DNA of 64,000 nucleotides from Podarcis liolepis (lineage: Eukaryota): assembly GCA_965112155.1 (NCBI GenBank), contig OZ218101.1, one strand, 5' to 3'. The notes below the pieces were generated by a model. It was given only the letters and a program-made list of their open reading frames with translations, had not been told where the DNA came from and made no database searches. This document shows positions 24,265 to 37,702 of this stretch, in pieces. Every line of letters starts with the position of its first letter. Positions within the stretch are counted from its first letter, which is position 1. The position numbers were made by a program, and so were the translations under genes.

Positions 24265-24612
24265 CAGTGGTGCCCCGCAAGACGAATGCCTCGCAAGACG
24301 GAAAACCCGCTAGACGAAAGGGTTTTCTGTTTTTCAATGCGCTTCGCAGGACGAATTTCCCTATGGGCTTGCTTCGCAAGACGAAAATGTCTTGCGAGTC
24401 TTGAGATTTTTTTTTTGCTCCCCCCCCCTTTTTCTAAACCGCTAAGCCTTTAATAGCCTTTTAGCAGCTAAGCCACTAAGCCTTTAATAGCCGCTAAACC
24501 GCTAATAGCGCTAATCCGCTAAGCCGCTAATAGGGTTGCTTCGCAAGACGAAAAAACCGCTAGACAAAGATACTCGCGGAACGGATTAATTTCGTCTTGC
24601 GAGGCACCACTG
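24265..24612. mobile_element. Tc1/mariner MITE
   Basis: 22-bp TIRs cagtggtgccccgcaagacgaa / ttcgtcttgcgaggcaccactg, TA TSD; internal gcaagacg and ccgctaa repeats. Confidence 0.9.
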
Positions 24613-26872
24613 TAAAGACAGATACATAAAATAGCTTGTGAGCTTTGGAAGGAACAGATACAGCCAGGTAGGCTGTGTACACATTACTTCTTACTCTGGC
24701 TGTAGTGTGCTCTCACTTCTCTTTTTAATCTGTGTACCTATGACAATACCTAAGGGTCTAGAGCAATCCTGCTGTTTCTGGTGAAATACTCTGTTTTGAT
24801 TTGGTTTTCCCCCAAGCCAGCTTTAATTGAACTTGAACCCAGTATCCTTTTCCAAGTAGCATTGAATCCCAGGTGTGTGGGATTTTCCTTTCCTTTTCCT
24901 ACCCCATCTCTGGGGCAGCAATGGGGCAGTGAAACTAACCAGGCAATTCCATCAGCTGAAGACGTCAGTGCCCATTCTCCCACCTTGCCTGTCCGATGGG
25001 CAAATGCAACTTGAAACACATTGAGGAAAAAACCCCTCACTGTTTTAAGCCAGTAATGTGTACACAGAGTAGAAAGAACACTCCAAATCAGCATTGCACC
25101 AGGTAAAAGAATGATCCGATTCATTGCAAGTTAGCCTTTGCCTCTGTTACGGTATTTGAGGCAGTTCCGGGAGTGGGGAAATCTCTTGTTCCTCAAGCAC
25201 AAATATAGCTTTGCCAAATCCAAGCCTTGCATGTCCACAGAGAGACCATATATTATGGTTAATTACATGAAATCTGATATGCTTCCTTTGGCATTCTATG
25301 TCTTGGAAGGAAAAAATGCATTTAGTTCTTTCCCTATCTGTGCTAATTATATATAAATATGACCACTTTCTGCCTCCTTTTGTTTTGTTAGTGGTGTGCA
25401 CATTCTTAGTGTTGTCATGTGCATGGCTCTATCCCTTATGAACCTCTATCTAAGAGAATATTTACACAATTAATGTGTAATGCAAACTAACGTTCTTGTT
25501 CAAGGCAGAATTTACGTTTGTATTGCAAACGGGATTGACTTTGCTCCATGCAGGACAACTTAGGGCACTTATGAACGGCTTCCATTTTGTTCGTGAGAAT
25601 CAATACGGGCATATTAAGGCTGCACAATTAAAATGGAGGTGGAGTTCTTGAACAATAAACCTACCTCCAAGAAAAAAGAAAAGCGATTTTGGGAGGGGTT
25701 TTGGTTTTTTAAAGGAGAGTGACTGGAATTGGGGGAATAACAATTGCTTGGCACAACATCATATTACCTCATCATATTACCTCATCATAAACAAATGAGA
25801 ATGAATGCTCAATAAACAGGTCATCTGGAAGGGACCTCTGTTCCATGAATGTTTCTCTCAGATATTGGTTTGTTTTAATGATTTATAGCAAAGCTTTGGT
25901 CTTCTTGTAGGCTGAGATTTATTTGAAACATGGTTTAACCCTGGAACCTGTTCACTGTCTGAGCTTGGCTCTGCACCCTCAGACAGTTCACAGATGAAAG
26001 TAGGGATACTCGGTTTTGTGCTCATATAATAGTTTCCCCCTCCCCCATAGTGCTTCATTGCTTGACACCAATGCAGCATGCACTTCACACATTACTCGGC
26101 ATCTTGTATGTTCATCTGACCATAACACAAACTGCCTGTGTCATTTTAATGGCATGTTGTGTTCATGGCTATATAAGAAGAAAAAGCATATGTCAGTTTC
26201 TGTATGTTCAGATCCCAACCTGTAACCTTGAAAATAAAAGAGTTACGTACTCTAATCCATTTCCAAACAAGGAGCTTGGGGAAACGCCAAGGTTTGAAGA
26301 AATACAACAAATAAATAAGATTCTTAGGGGAAACCCAAGTAAAGCCCAATGAGGACGAACAGTGCTCAGTGGCAATAGGATGCTGACTGATTATTGGAAA
26401 GGGGGGCGGAATAGAAAATGGGGGAGTTGAATGGAGTGTCCTGGAAATGGGCACAGTTTGTTGGCTTCCTGAACAGTACCACTCCACACTGCAAGATTTT
26501 GCTGCAGGTCCTACTTGAATTAGGTATTAAGGAAGAGAGAGCCATTTACTATGTGTCTTTCGCCTGTTACTAAAGCTTCAAAGCCTGCTCCCCTCCTCTA
26601 GAGTGAAGGGAAGAAGCTTTCAAAACAGAGGTTCTCTGTTCTTTGGAACCCCCAAACTTTTCATCTTAACAATGAAGCACTGTGTATGGGCCTACCATTT
26701 CCTGAGCCTCTAGATTCAAGAACGTCAGTCTTCCTAGACTACCAACATTAAATTCTGAAGAATTCAGGTTCATTGTCTAGTGATGTGATGTTCTGACCTC
26801 TTGTTTGATGTTGGTAAAACTCTAGGATGGTTAAACTTGAAACTAATGTTTTCTCCTCATTTGACTTCACAG

Positions 26873-26959
26873 CTCTCCTTGAGAAACCTCTTAGCAAAAG
26901 GCGAGACAGTGAAGCTGTACAGAAGGCTAAGATTCTTTATTCTTCATGTATGAATGAGA
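26873..26959 (+). CDS. PHEX: PHEX exon 4 equivalent, 87 nt
   Basis: gacttcacag|CT CTC CTT...AAT GAG A|gtaagt; [28 protein letters not shown]. Confidence 0.97.
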
Positions 26960-27500
26960 GTAAGTAACTTTCATTTACAGGGTTACAGGTTAGAGTCTGA
27001 ATGTACACAAACTGGCAAACACTTTTTATTTTACATCGTTCTATAAATATCAAGCAATGAGCGGCTCTGAAATGAATCTCTTGTTTTATGCATATCAAAG
27101 CATGCAAAATGTTGCAAAAACAGCATTTTATGACTAGTGCCAGTTATTGCTCTTTTCCCATTAAGTCAGTGCTAAATAATTTGTACTTTTAGAATGCAGT
27201 CCTGTACTTAAGCTACACTTACATAGGAATAAGTGAGGCTTACTTCTCAGTAAACATGCCTGAGATTGATTGCACAGTATTCCCTGGGATTTTAACTATC
27301 ATATATGTTTAATGGGACATTTCTTCTGAATGCATACCCATATGGTGAAATCTGATAGTTATCTAACATTATTACTACTTAAATAAATTTATGTATACAC
27401 ATCCTGTTGCTCTCCGCATATAACAGTATTTCTAATGAGCACTCTTAAAATGGTATTACCTGGAAGTTGTCTTCTGATGGCTTGCTTTCCCCCCCTCCAG

Positions 27501-27727
27501 ATAAGATAGAGAAAGCTGATGCAAAGCCTCTTTTGAGTATGCTGAAACATTCTCCGTTCCGCTGGCCTGTCCTGGAATCAAACATTGGGCCTGATGGATT
27601 GTGGTCAGAAAGGAAGTTCAGCATGCTACAGACCCTGGCTACTCTTCGTGGCCAATATAGCAGTTCTGTTTTCATCCGAATGTATGTGGCTTCTGATGAT
27701 AAGAACTCTAATGAGCACATCATAAAG
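27501..27727 (+). CDS. PHEX: PHEX exon 5 equivalent, 227 nt
   Basis: ccccctccag|AT AAG...ATA AAG|gtatgg; [75 protein letters not shown]. Confidence 0.98.
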
Positions 27728-30348
27728 GTATGGTAGAGGGGGTTGATGGAGGTAGATGCGAGTTTTCACCAGCTTACTAAAAATATCCAGTGCTCCACAT
27801 TTTAGCCATTATGTTCAGGAATTGCCAACTTTTGCAAATGGGCACATTTACAAATTGGAGAAACTGTTGTGGGGACACATATGCATACACACTGCAACCA
27901 TGCACAAGCGCATCCATGGCAGTTACCCCCACACACTCCACTCATCAGCAATGAGACTTAAAAAAAGAGAGAGTGTGTGTTTTCGTTTCACATAAGTGTT
28001 ATAGGGGTGTGTGAGTGAGATAGAGAAATCTTCCTGGAAGTGCAAGATCACCCCTGGTAACATCTAAAAAAAAATCCAGCGCCCTATAACTAGGATTGAC
28101 ACAGCAGATTTCTTTGAAGCTTAATTATGACAAGAAGTGTTTTTAGTGAGAGCGATCCCTGAAAATTGCTCCTCCTCCAATGTAATTAGGCCTCAAATGA
28201 GCCTTGTACTGAGGCTAATATAAGACTTCTTTGAAGTCTAACTGTGCCATGGGGTGGTGTGATTTTGGCGTGCATGTGTGTGTCGTATTTGTAAACTCCC
28301 CCCTCCAAACTGCCCAACTCATGCAGATAGACTTGAAACAAAAACTTTCAATGAGCTATAATAGAAGGCTACTTTCTATTTTAGCATAAGAGAGTGGGGA
28401 GGGTTTGTCACATCAGGACCCTGTGGGTGCCAGAAAGGATTGCTTACTTGAATCTGGGGGAGCTGTGTTTGTGGCTGGATGCAGCCATGGCAGATGGGAC
28501 TCCCTCCTGTGGCATGAGGGAGTCCGCTGCTATGGACTTTCCTGCAGGCAGCGGGGCAGTCATGGGGGATTCCAGGGGTGTGGCTTGGGGAGCAGACCAG
28601 AGGGCCTCAGTTCTCCTCTGGATTCCCACCCTCCCTCTCCTTTAGTTGATATTTGGGAGCTGGCCAGGCGCAGGCGGACTAGCTTCTGTGTGCCTTGCTT
28701 CAGTCACCATTTTCTGGGCCAGGGAGGGATTTCCCCTTCAGGCCAATTGGACCACCTGGAGGGCTTTTGCCTGCCTCATAGCAAATGTCACAATCAATCA
28801 ATTAATCAAGTACCTTTATTGTCATCACAGTATAAAATGTTTCAAATAACTGGACATGGGTGTAGCTATCAAGGGTTATAAGGTCACACTATGGTCGTGT
28901 GCATTTGGATATTCTGCTACGCCCTGTCTACTTCCCGAAAGGATAGTGCTGTCACAATTTTACGATGGATTAGGCATTGGGATGGCGCCCTAGTCTAAGT
29001 GAGTGGTGAGAGCTCCCCCCACAACAACTGCAGCATCAGGGTATCCCTTGAAGAGAGCCTGGAAGATGATGCTCTTGTCTGGTCACCCAGTTTGGGAGTT
29101 GATGGGCCATAGCGCTCCTGAATGGTGTTCAAGGCAGTTGCCCACAATTGATGCACATCCCAAGGCAACCCTTAATCTTAGTCAATCAGGTCAGTCATCA
29201 ACCAGCAATGGCTATGCCAGCATCTGTTATCCATAAAGTTGTGGCCTGTTTAATTCCATGCTGCTGTCCTGGGCTTCACTGCATCTGGACCCACAAAAGC
29301 ATGTGCTTATAAGGGTGACCCATGTCCTGATTTATAGTTGACTAATTTGTGTCACAGGGAGTGGGAGTTCATGGCACACTTGGAAGCGGCAGCTGGAAGC
29401 CCAATCTGTGGCCATCAACACAGGTGCAGGCATGTGCCTCTGTGAAGAAAGAAGGTCTTAGGATGGATCTAGACACATCAAAGAAGTGTTTCAGTTAACT
29501 GTTAACAGTTAACACTTAACTGTTTTAAATGTGTGAGAAATTAGGTTGGAACTCCACAGTGTTGGAACTCCACAGTGCCATCTGGTGTCACAGTGTTAGA
29601 ATGCATAAAGAACGCATATAAAGTGCTTTTTCTTTGCCAATGTAGCTGAGTCCCTAGTTTCTGGACTCATTATATTTTAATTATGAAATCTTCAAACATG
29701 GCAAAAAGAATGCCTTCTTTCACCAGACATGTGAGAAAGTAATTCTATAATACCTTTAAAACCTGCATCAAACTCATAATTACACGCCCTCCAGCTAATT
29801 TTGTTGATAGGAGTTATCAGCCTTTTGCCACCATGTTCAACAACATCTCCACAGAACCTGGCCATTAGTATGTATATATGCAAATGACTAAAAGTCAGGG
29901 GAATATATGTAACTGTATTCCTTAGGGCATTCTAAGCTCATCTCTAATTTGATTTACAGCAATCTGATTTACAAGAAGAACATGCTTGTATCCTAATTAG
30001 TTACTGAAGGATCAAATGAATTCCCAGATTAGATATGCCAGGGGACATTTATATCTTGGGGGAAATGTTTATTGCAGAATTCCTAAACTCCCCAATGTCA
30101 TACAGAAGCCAATGTCCCCAAGAAAGCAGAATATAATATTTAAATGTAAACTTAATTGGATGCCTGAATTATTATTTTCTTTTTAAATATGTGTTCATTT
30201 TTGCTTAATATTAGTAAATCATTTTTTAAAAGTTTGCTTGTGTGTCTTCCTTTTTCTTAATGAAAGTATAAATTGGAGATTGAATAGTATTATGGAAGTG
30301 TACTTAATGGGAACTGACACTGTTGTATTCTTTACATATTTTTAATAG

Positions 30349-30417
30349 CTAGACCAAGCATCTCTGTCCCTGTCAGCGCGAGAAGACTACCTGGAAAACA
30401 CCACAGAAGCTAAATCC
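30349..30417 (+). CDS. PHEX: PHEX exon 6 equivalent, 69 nt
   Basis: tttttaatag|CTA GAC...AAA TCC|gtgagc; LDQASLSLSAREDYLENTTEAKS. Confidence 0.97.
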
Positions 30418-31167
30418 GTGAGCATTGCTTACTTGAGCATCTAAATGGAGAACAATTTCTACATTGAGGGTTTCTTCCCCTTTGCCACCATATTAATTAA
30501 TTAATTACTTGTTTAATCCTGTTAACTTCCTGTTTAGAGATTTAAACCTTCTGCGGTAACTGTTTTATTTATTTCCATTTATCTTCTACTATGCCATTCG
30601 GTAATTGAAGTTATCTAAGTGGTCAACAACAGCAAATTAAAACTGTAAAACATAAAGATTATATATAAAAAATCCAAAACATAACCAAAATAACACAATA
30701 CAAGACTTGAATAAATCCAGCAGGGCAGTATATCAGCAGTGTCATATACATAAGGAACACTCAAACATTTTTTTTTAAAGCCTGGGAAGGTTAAAAGGTT
30801 GTTGTTTCTCTCAGTTTTGCATTTTTCCCAATCTTCAATTTGCATTTTTTTTTTTTTAGTCTTCATGAAATCTCTGGCATTTTAATATACACCTTTTTGT
30901 TTGTAATTTTTCCTACTATGCAAATTTTCCCAAAGCAGTTTCCCCTAATATAATGCATTTTGTATGTTGTTTTCAATAATGTGCGTTTATATCACATTTT
31001 ATCCTGGTATATGCATTTTTTTTGGAGAGAACTTTGCTGGAGAACTGCATTGCAAAATTCAGAGAAATGTGAATTTCAACCCTTTAAATTTCTCCCTAAT
31101 CCCCAATGAGTTTCTGCTGCAGGCTGAGTAAAATGTAGATTCACTTTCTCACTGCATACTTCTAGAT

Positions 31168-31384
31168 CTGTGGTTCCGAACATGCCCTACAGGGGGGCAA
31201 TCTGATTGTTAAGAGGGGTAATTCGAGAATGAGTTAGACAAAAGTAATGACCTTTTAGGCTTCCTCCACATGAATAGGAGTTCACTTTTTGAATAATAAG
31301 AATTATATGTCACGGGGGGAGGGAGCACCAGGATTTTAGAGATGCTTAAGTGGGACATGGTCAAAAAAAGGTTGGGAACCACTG
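31168..31384. mobile_element. hAT-Charlie-like MITE
   Basis: Ends c(t)gtggttcc...gggaaccactg; perfect 8-bp TSD ttctagat (nTCTAGAn, a Charlie-type target). Confidence 0.85.
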
Positions 31385-32091
31385 TTCTAGATGGAATAGG
31401 GATTTGCACAACAAATCCTTTTTTTTAAACAACAACCACCTACTACAAGTGGTTGTTTCCAGCTTAACAGTTCTGATACTACAAGGAGTTTTAGCTGCAC
31501 AGTGGAACTTCCTCATGCTCTCCTCTTACCGTGTCCCCCATCTGTGCCCCATAAACCTTCACTGGAGGGAACAGATTTAGGGGTTGCGTGGGGGGCGCAC
31601 AGGGAGAGGAGAGAGAACCTGGCAATCATTGCTCTAGCGGAACCCTTTAGTTGGATATCACCCACAACATTTTTGCGGTTTGGAAAGTGATGGCATTGAA
31701 AGGGACAAATGACCAATGGGAAGACATGTAAACGCCCTGCAAGTAAATCAGGATGAATTCTGGATGAATGCTCATTCTTGCATAACCACTCCATACACAA
31801 ATCAGAACAAATGCTCAATAAACACTGGATATAATCTAACATCAGTGCATGTTTCATGCAAGCAAATGAGGATGAATGCTGAATAAATAGGTTTTCTAGA
31901 TAGGCCCTTAGAGCATGTTAACTAATATAGAACACAATAGTATGATTAATATGCAAAGGAAATTGAAAAAGGAAGGTAAGAAAACAATGTACTATTCTTA
32001 TGCTTCGATAAGGTGGGGGGGCATAATTTATTTTGCTGAGGTTAATTCTCTGTTTAGCTGTAATGATAACTGGATTCTTATCACATTATAG

Positions 32092-32208
32092 TACAGAGAA
32101 GCCCTGTTCCAGTTCATGGTGGATACAGCAGTGCTTTTGGGGGCCAATGCTTCTCGTGCAGAGTTGGACATGAAGTCTGTGTTGAAACTAGAAGTTAAAA
32201 TTGCTGAG
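32092..32208 (+). CDS. PHEX: PHEX exon 7 equivalent, 117 nt
   Basis: cacattatag|TAC AGA...GCT GAG|gttagt; [39 protein letters not shown]. Confidence 0.97.
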
Positions 32209-32398
32209 GTTAGTGCTTTTCTAAATGTGGGTTTCAGTTGCATTTGTGGCAACTGGATGTCCAAAGGGGTAGACATGGCTTCTCTTCTTCATTCACTTGG
32301 TGCTTTCCTGGAGTTCCAATGCAGTGACAAACTATATCTTGTATCTGCCCTGTTGTGAACTGCCCTGTGATCTTTGGATGAAAGGCAGTATATAAATA

Positions 32399-32623
32399 CA
32401 GCAGTACCTCAATTTTCGAGCATCTCAGAAGCTGAATGCCAAAAACCCGGAAGTAAATGCTTCCGTTTTTCAACGCGCCTCGGAAGTCGAACAGCTTCCG
32501 CTGCGTGTTTTTCAATTTTCTCCATTGAACTTGCCGCCAGCCCTTTGCAACTTGGTTTTAGAACGTTTTGGAAGTCAAACTGTATTCCGGAACAGATTAC
32601 GTTTGAGAACCGAGGTACCTCTG
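32399..32623. mobile_element. Tc1/mariner MITE nested in an L2 3' tail
   Basis: TA|cagcagtacctc...gaggtacctctg|TA; L2 terminus tgtgaactgccctgtgatctttggatgaaaggcagtatataaa to the left and (TAA)n at 32626-32663 to the right. Confidence 0.8.
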
Positions 32624-32666
<43 letters not shown>

Positions 32667-32807
32667 GTGATGAATTGGCAAGATATGTCCACAAGTAGGC
32701 AACTGCCAGTAGCACATCCAAGAATGAGTTTGATACTCGAAGGATTTCAGGGTTGAACAAGAATATAAATGTAAATGAATAGGAGCTCTTTACAGCTGCT
32801 GCTAAAT

Positions 32808-32965
32808 AACATCTAGGTTAGATTACTATAATGAGTTATATGATGCGCTGACACTGAAAACAATTTGGAAACTTCTGGTGGTGCAAAATTCAGTGGCCAG
32901 CCTGCTCACCGGGGCAAGACAGCATTCCTGACCTGACTTGCAATTAGTTTCCAGGCCTAATTGCA
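32808..32965 (+). mobile_element. L2 ORF2 fragment
   Basis: TSRLDYYNELYDALTLKTIWKLLVVQNSVASLLTGAR, homologous to SHLDYCNELYLGLPLK...KLQSIQNVATRLVTG in the 11125 copy. Confidence 0.7.
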
Positions 32966-33367
32966 GTGCTAAATTTGAAGACAGCACCAGTAGTTTACAA
33001 TAATTTCTTCCTAGTCCACTGGTTGGTTAGTTTTCTAGATTTTCCTGTCTTTCAGATACTTTTGATGTAGAGTAGGTATCCACCTGGGATTATGAAACTG
33101 AACATCGTTTCATACTGGAAGGGATAGATATTAGTATGGATAAAGATGAATTTCATTGTGTTACATGGGGGAAAATGTAAAATGTTTATGGAAAAAGAAG
33201 ATTTTTTGCTAATGAATCATAATAATAGGTTTGCAACTTACTTTATTGAAAACTGAACAGGTAACATTGCTATTCATACCTTGTCGCACCCAGATTATGT
33301 GAGTGTTGGCAAAGTCAGAGTGGATTTGTGGAGGAAAATAATATTTGTTTGCATTTATATTTTGCAG

Positions 33368-33451
33368 ATAATGATTCCACATGAGAATCGAACCAGTGAA
33401 TCTATGTACAACAAAATGAACATATCGGAACTCAGCACCTTGATCCCTCAG
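33368..33451 (+). CDS. PHEX: PHEX exon 8 equivalent, 84 nt
   Basis: tttgcag|ATA ATG...CCT CAG|gttggt; [28 protein letters not shown]. Confidence 0.97.
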
Positions 33452-33770
33452 GTTGGTTGAAGTTAATTGGAAAATGACTATATTAATGCCTGATTGGACT
33501 GTGTAATTACCTTTCAAACTGAAAGGTTCTTCAGATGTGCATAAGATGGCAATTTAAATGAAATTAGTTGAAACAGGTGTTCACTATTATTTTAAATACA
33601 GCTGCATTTTTATTTAAGTTTCAAAATATTTGTGATGTTGTGCAGTGAACTTCAACTTTGAAATTAGGCAAAACTTTTAAGTTGTTTAGCTAATGGTAGG
33701 TAATTAACTTATAAGCTTTTGTTGTTGTTGTCTGCAAGAGTCAGGAACTGAACCTTTGCTTCTGTTGCAG

Positions 33771-33916
33771 TTTGACTGGCTGGGATATATCAAGAAGGTG
33801 ATTGACACCAAGCTTTATCCTGAACTTAAGGACATAGATGCTTCAGAAAATGTCGTTGTTCGTGTGCCCCAGTACTTCAAGGATTTGTTCAGGATACTAG
33901 AAAATGAAAGAAAAAA
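33771..33916 (+). CDS. PHEX: PHEX exon 9 equivalent, 146 nt
   Basis: tctgttgcag|TTT GAC TGG...AAA AA|gtaagg; [48 protein letters not shown]. Confidence 0.98.
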
Positions 33917-36795
33917 GTAAGGATTTCTAATTTGCTTTGTGTATGTTTTTTTGCTCAGAAACAATCCCTGACTTTTCAGTATAATGTTTAGGATCTTGGC
34001 ATATATGGTTTGTTACCACTTTGTTTTCAAACCACAGGTGGACCCTTTCAATTATTTCTGTCTCTGGGGTTGCTATGAAAACAAAATCGTGTGAATGCAG
34101 CAGCAAGATAACTCATTGCTAGCAATTCCAGGCGAATGGATTCTCCCCCCCCCCCCAGTGCAAAGCCTTTCTGTGCTTGGGGGAAAACGTGGAAATTGAG
34201 GCGATCATTATAGGAATCCTCTTACGACTGGGAAGGCATATCATATTGACTGAACAATTTGCTGCTCTTCAGCCATAAGTCCGGTTTGTTTCGTGAACAC
34301 TGCAGATACTAATGATAGCAAAGTGAAAAGATGCTGCTCGGAGCCATTGAAACAGAGATGCTCCAAGAGGGTCCTGCTGTTTTCGCAGAAAGGGCCCATG
34401 ACTTCTGCAGAAGCCAAGGGTATTGCATAATAAAGGTCCATTACCACAACGTGGCAAGTTCTACAGAATTGTGAAAATAATGCTAGTGACTATGGGTTGT
34501 CTTCTATGTTATTCAGTGGGGAGAAGAGAAGGAAACAGGGAAATTACTGAGAGGAAAGGTAAGGGGTGAAAGACACAGCAAAAGGAAATATGTCAGTAAG
34601 CCCATTTGAAACAGGCTCTGGTGACTTCGCTTGCCTCACTCTTTCTCCCAGAAGCATTCCCAGAACGCAGGTGGTGGTAGATAGTCCTGCTGGGGAGAAC
34701 AGGAAAACCTAACCGGGACAGGCTTTGCTGTAAAATACAGATTTTATTTTATTTTATGATTTGTGTGTGTGTAAAAAAACAAATAGCCAATGTAGATCTC
34801 CTCCCCACTTCTGTATCAGTAGTGGGAGATTTTATCAGCAATGTATATTGCAGGTGTGTAGAGGAAATTATTAAATCCATTCTATCTCCCTGCTAGAGTC
34901 CTGATATGGTCTCCATACTGGCTATGAGAGAGAGAGTGCATGCAACCCTGCCACTGACCAAAAAAAGAGTAAAGCAGTACTGCATGTGACTATTGTCATA
35001 TGTATTTTGGTCCTCAGGTGGTCTTCACCTGCTTGTCTCTTGCTTTTTTTAATTGGTTCATTGTTGCTAGCACCCAAAAGGATATAAAATGCATCAGACA
35101 GGATATATTCGCCCCCTAATAACTAAAATAGTACAGTTTCTCTGTCCTTGGAATTAGGCCAGTTTGATATGGAATATCCTGATTATGGATAACTTTCTGA
35201 GGCACAGCACAAACACTGGCGGCAGGGTCCAGTTTTGATTGGCCTACAATGTTTTTATCAATGAATTGGTTTTATTAATCAAGTAACACTGAAACCCTAC
35301 ATTTTGAAAAGAACGTGATGGTGTGAGGGTTGTGTCCCATGCTGCATAAGCAAGCAAGCAAGTATTCTGCTTGCACAACAGGACTTATCCTTCCTATTCT
35401 CTCCCTGTGCCCCACGCCCACATTTATTCTGGAGGATGCCCCAGGTGCACAGGGCAGCTGCACAGATGAGGAAAGGAGGGCAGATTTCAAGGTGCAAGTC
35501 TGTTGCACAAGCAAAACAGCAGTGTTAGATACAACACATAACCAGTTATAATATTTATCTCAGCAACATTCACTTCTGTGTTCTTTTTTGAATCAATTAA
35601 AATAGTGTCAGATTGGTGTTTTTTTAAAAAAAGGGAGATATGTTATTGGCTGTCTTTAATTAGGTAGAAAAGTCTAGCACTGCCAACATGCTCTGAGGTG
35701 GTGGCAGTGGGGGTGAAGTGCCATATTACTGCTAGCTCTGACTCTGAAAAATGTGTTTTTAATGTCTTTGAGCATTAGTATTAAGAGATCCAGCCATGCA
35801 GAAGCCTCAGGTGTATAACACTGGATTACAGAAGTATTATCACATTCTATATCCGAAAATGCTGAATAAGGCACAATGTACCATGGTGCTTAATTTCTAA
35901 AAGCGGCAGGCGCAGGCCTTAAAACCTTGTCACCTGGAACCTCTGCCCTCTAATCCTGAATGAATGTGGGCTGATAAGTGGGGTGAATTTATATAGGCTC
36001 AAAGACTCTCCCTTTTTTAAAAAAGAAATAAAAATCAATTGATACGTTTTCAGAACTAAAGTTTGATTTCTGGGCTAACCCCTGCTGTGTTCCACTTCCA
36101 ATTAAGCCATTAAATACCATGTTTACTTCTCTGTAGTAGAAAGCCCATTCCTTTAGTTTATATGGTTGCACTTGCTATCTGAATTGCCCTGCAAGTGTTT
36201 CATTATTACTATGTGAGTAGGATGTGTGAGATATTTGCTGGTGTATTGTTGATGGTTTGCTAAGGATCACCAGATATCATGACATTGAGTTGCGGCCAAC
36301 TAACTTGTACTCAGAATAGACCCGCTGAAATGAGTGAACATGACAAACTTAGGGCCATTTATTTCAATGGATCTACTCTGATTAAAAGTTGCAATACATC
36401 CCATTACATTTAATTAAGGCAAACTTTCCTATAGATTTTGTAGCTAGGTTGTTTCTGCTTTATTAGTTTGTGAGCACTTGGTGTGTGTGGGGAGAACACC
36501 CATTCTTTGCACAGGAGCACTAAAGCCAAATTCCATCTCAGGATGCAAAACTGTTGAAATATGTTCCAAATGGAAGATCCACCATCATTCACACACCAAA
36601 TAGCTGTTATCATGCAACCGCTTTTGTCTAACAGGTTTTTGTGAATTTGGTCATTGCTCATTAATTTTCAAGGTGAAGCTGCTACCATTGCAGGTAGTGC
36701 ACTGATCTGAGGGGGGTGCAGAATCTAGTCACCTATTTATTTATAGTCTCGGACAGCTGTACATTACAACACATGGGTCTAACTGTCTGACATAA

Positions 36796-36924
<129 letters not shown>

Positions 36925-37702
36925 TGATATCAATATGCCCTGTGTGCCTATGAAGCTTATGAAGACAGCAGTTGATAGATGGATTCTGTGAGTCCCTGTG
37001 CTTCCAGCTAGCAAGCTTGAATTCAATGCATTTAAAGAAGTTGGAGAACATCACTAACCTCTCTCAGGACATCAGGGCTCTAGTCTGGGCACAGAGCTGA
37101 ATGAAAAATTCACAGGTTATCTTTTTTCTACATCCAAGTCTTTCTCCCTTTTATTGCAGCATCATGTTTCTGTGTTATGCTGTGATTTTCATTCTTTAAT
37201 GGCTGGAATTTGAAGCAGAGAGAAAGGATGACGTCATTGCTTGGGACTCTGTAATGAACTGAATAGAACTGAGAATTTACAATCTGTAGAGCTAGCTGTA
37301 GAGCTAACTTAAGATATTCTAGGGCTTTCCACATTTACCATTTATAGTGAAATAGTTGTTGTTTGCTCCAGTGAAATGGTAGCTGATTGTCTGCATCTTT
37401 GTTCACACATTGCTATTATTAGAGAGTGAGTTTTCCTTTCCACACTAATGGTGAGTGGTACCCAAATTGAGAAAAAGTTCCACAGCTGTATCAAATCCCT
37501 AATTTATCCTAGTGTTCCTCCACCCAGTCAATGTTGGAGTTATGAGCATATGCATGGGGACAACCCTTTTGTGGCTGTTTAATGCCTAGAATTCCATAAT
37601 GCTGCACTTGTGGGAGTATGGGAGATTAGAAGAGGAAACACATGTCTGCCTGATTTGCGGCGAATCTGGTTATAGTCATAGAATGTTGTTTGGTCAAAAC
37701 AG

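Noticed and set aside
24265-24612. CRISPR-like regularly recurring short repeats (gcaagacg, ccgctaa)
   Set aside because: Internal subterminal repeats of a TA-flanked mariner MITE in a eukaryotic intron; no spacer architecture and no cas genes.
28405-28881. 158-aa ORF or possible solo LTR (TGTCAC...GTCACA, 28406-28792)
   Set aside because: No target-site duplication and no recognisable protein motif; probably a GC-rich repeat remnant I cannot classify.
32409-32760. ORFs with poly-Tyr and poly-Leu
   Set aside because: Translation of the (TAA)n LINE tail.
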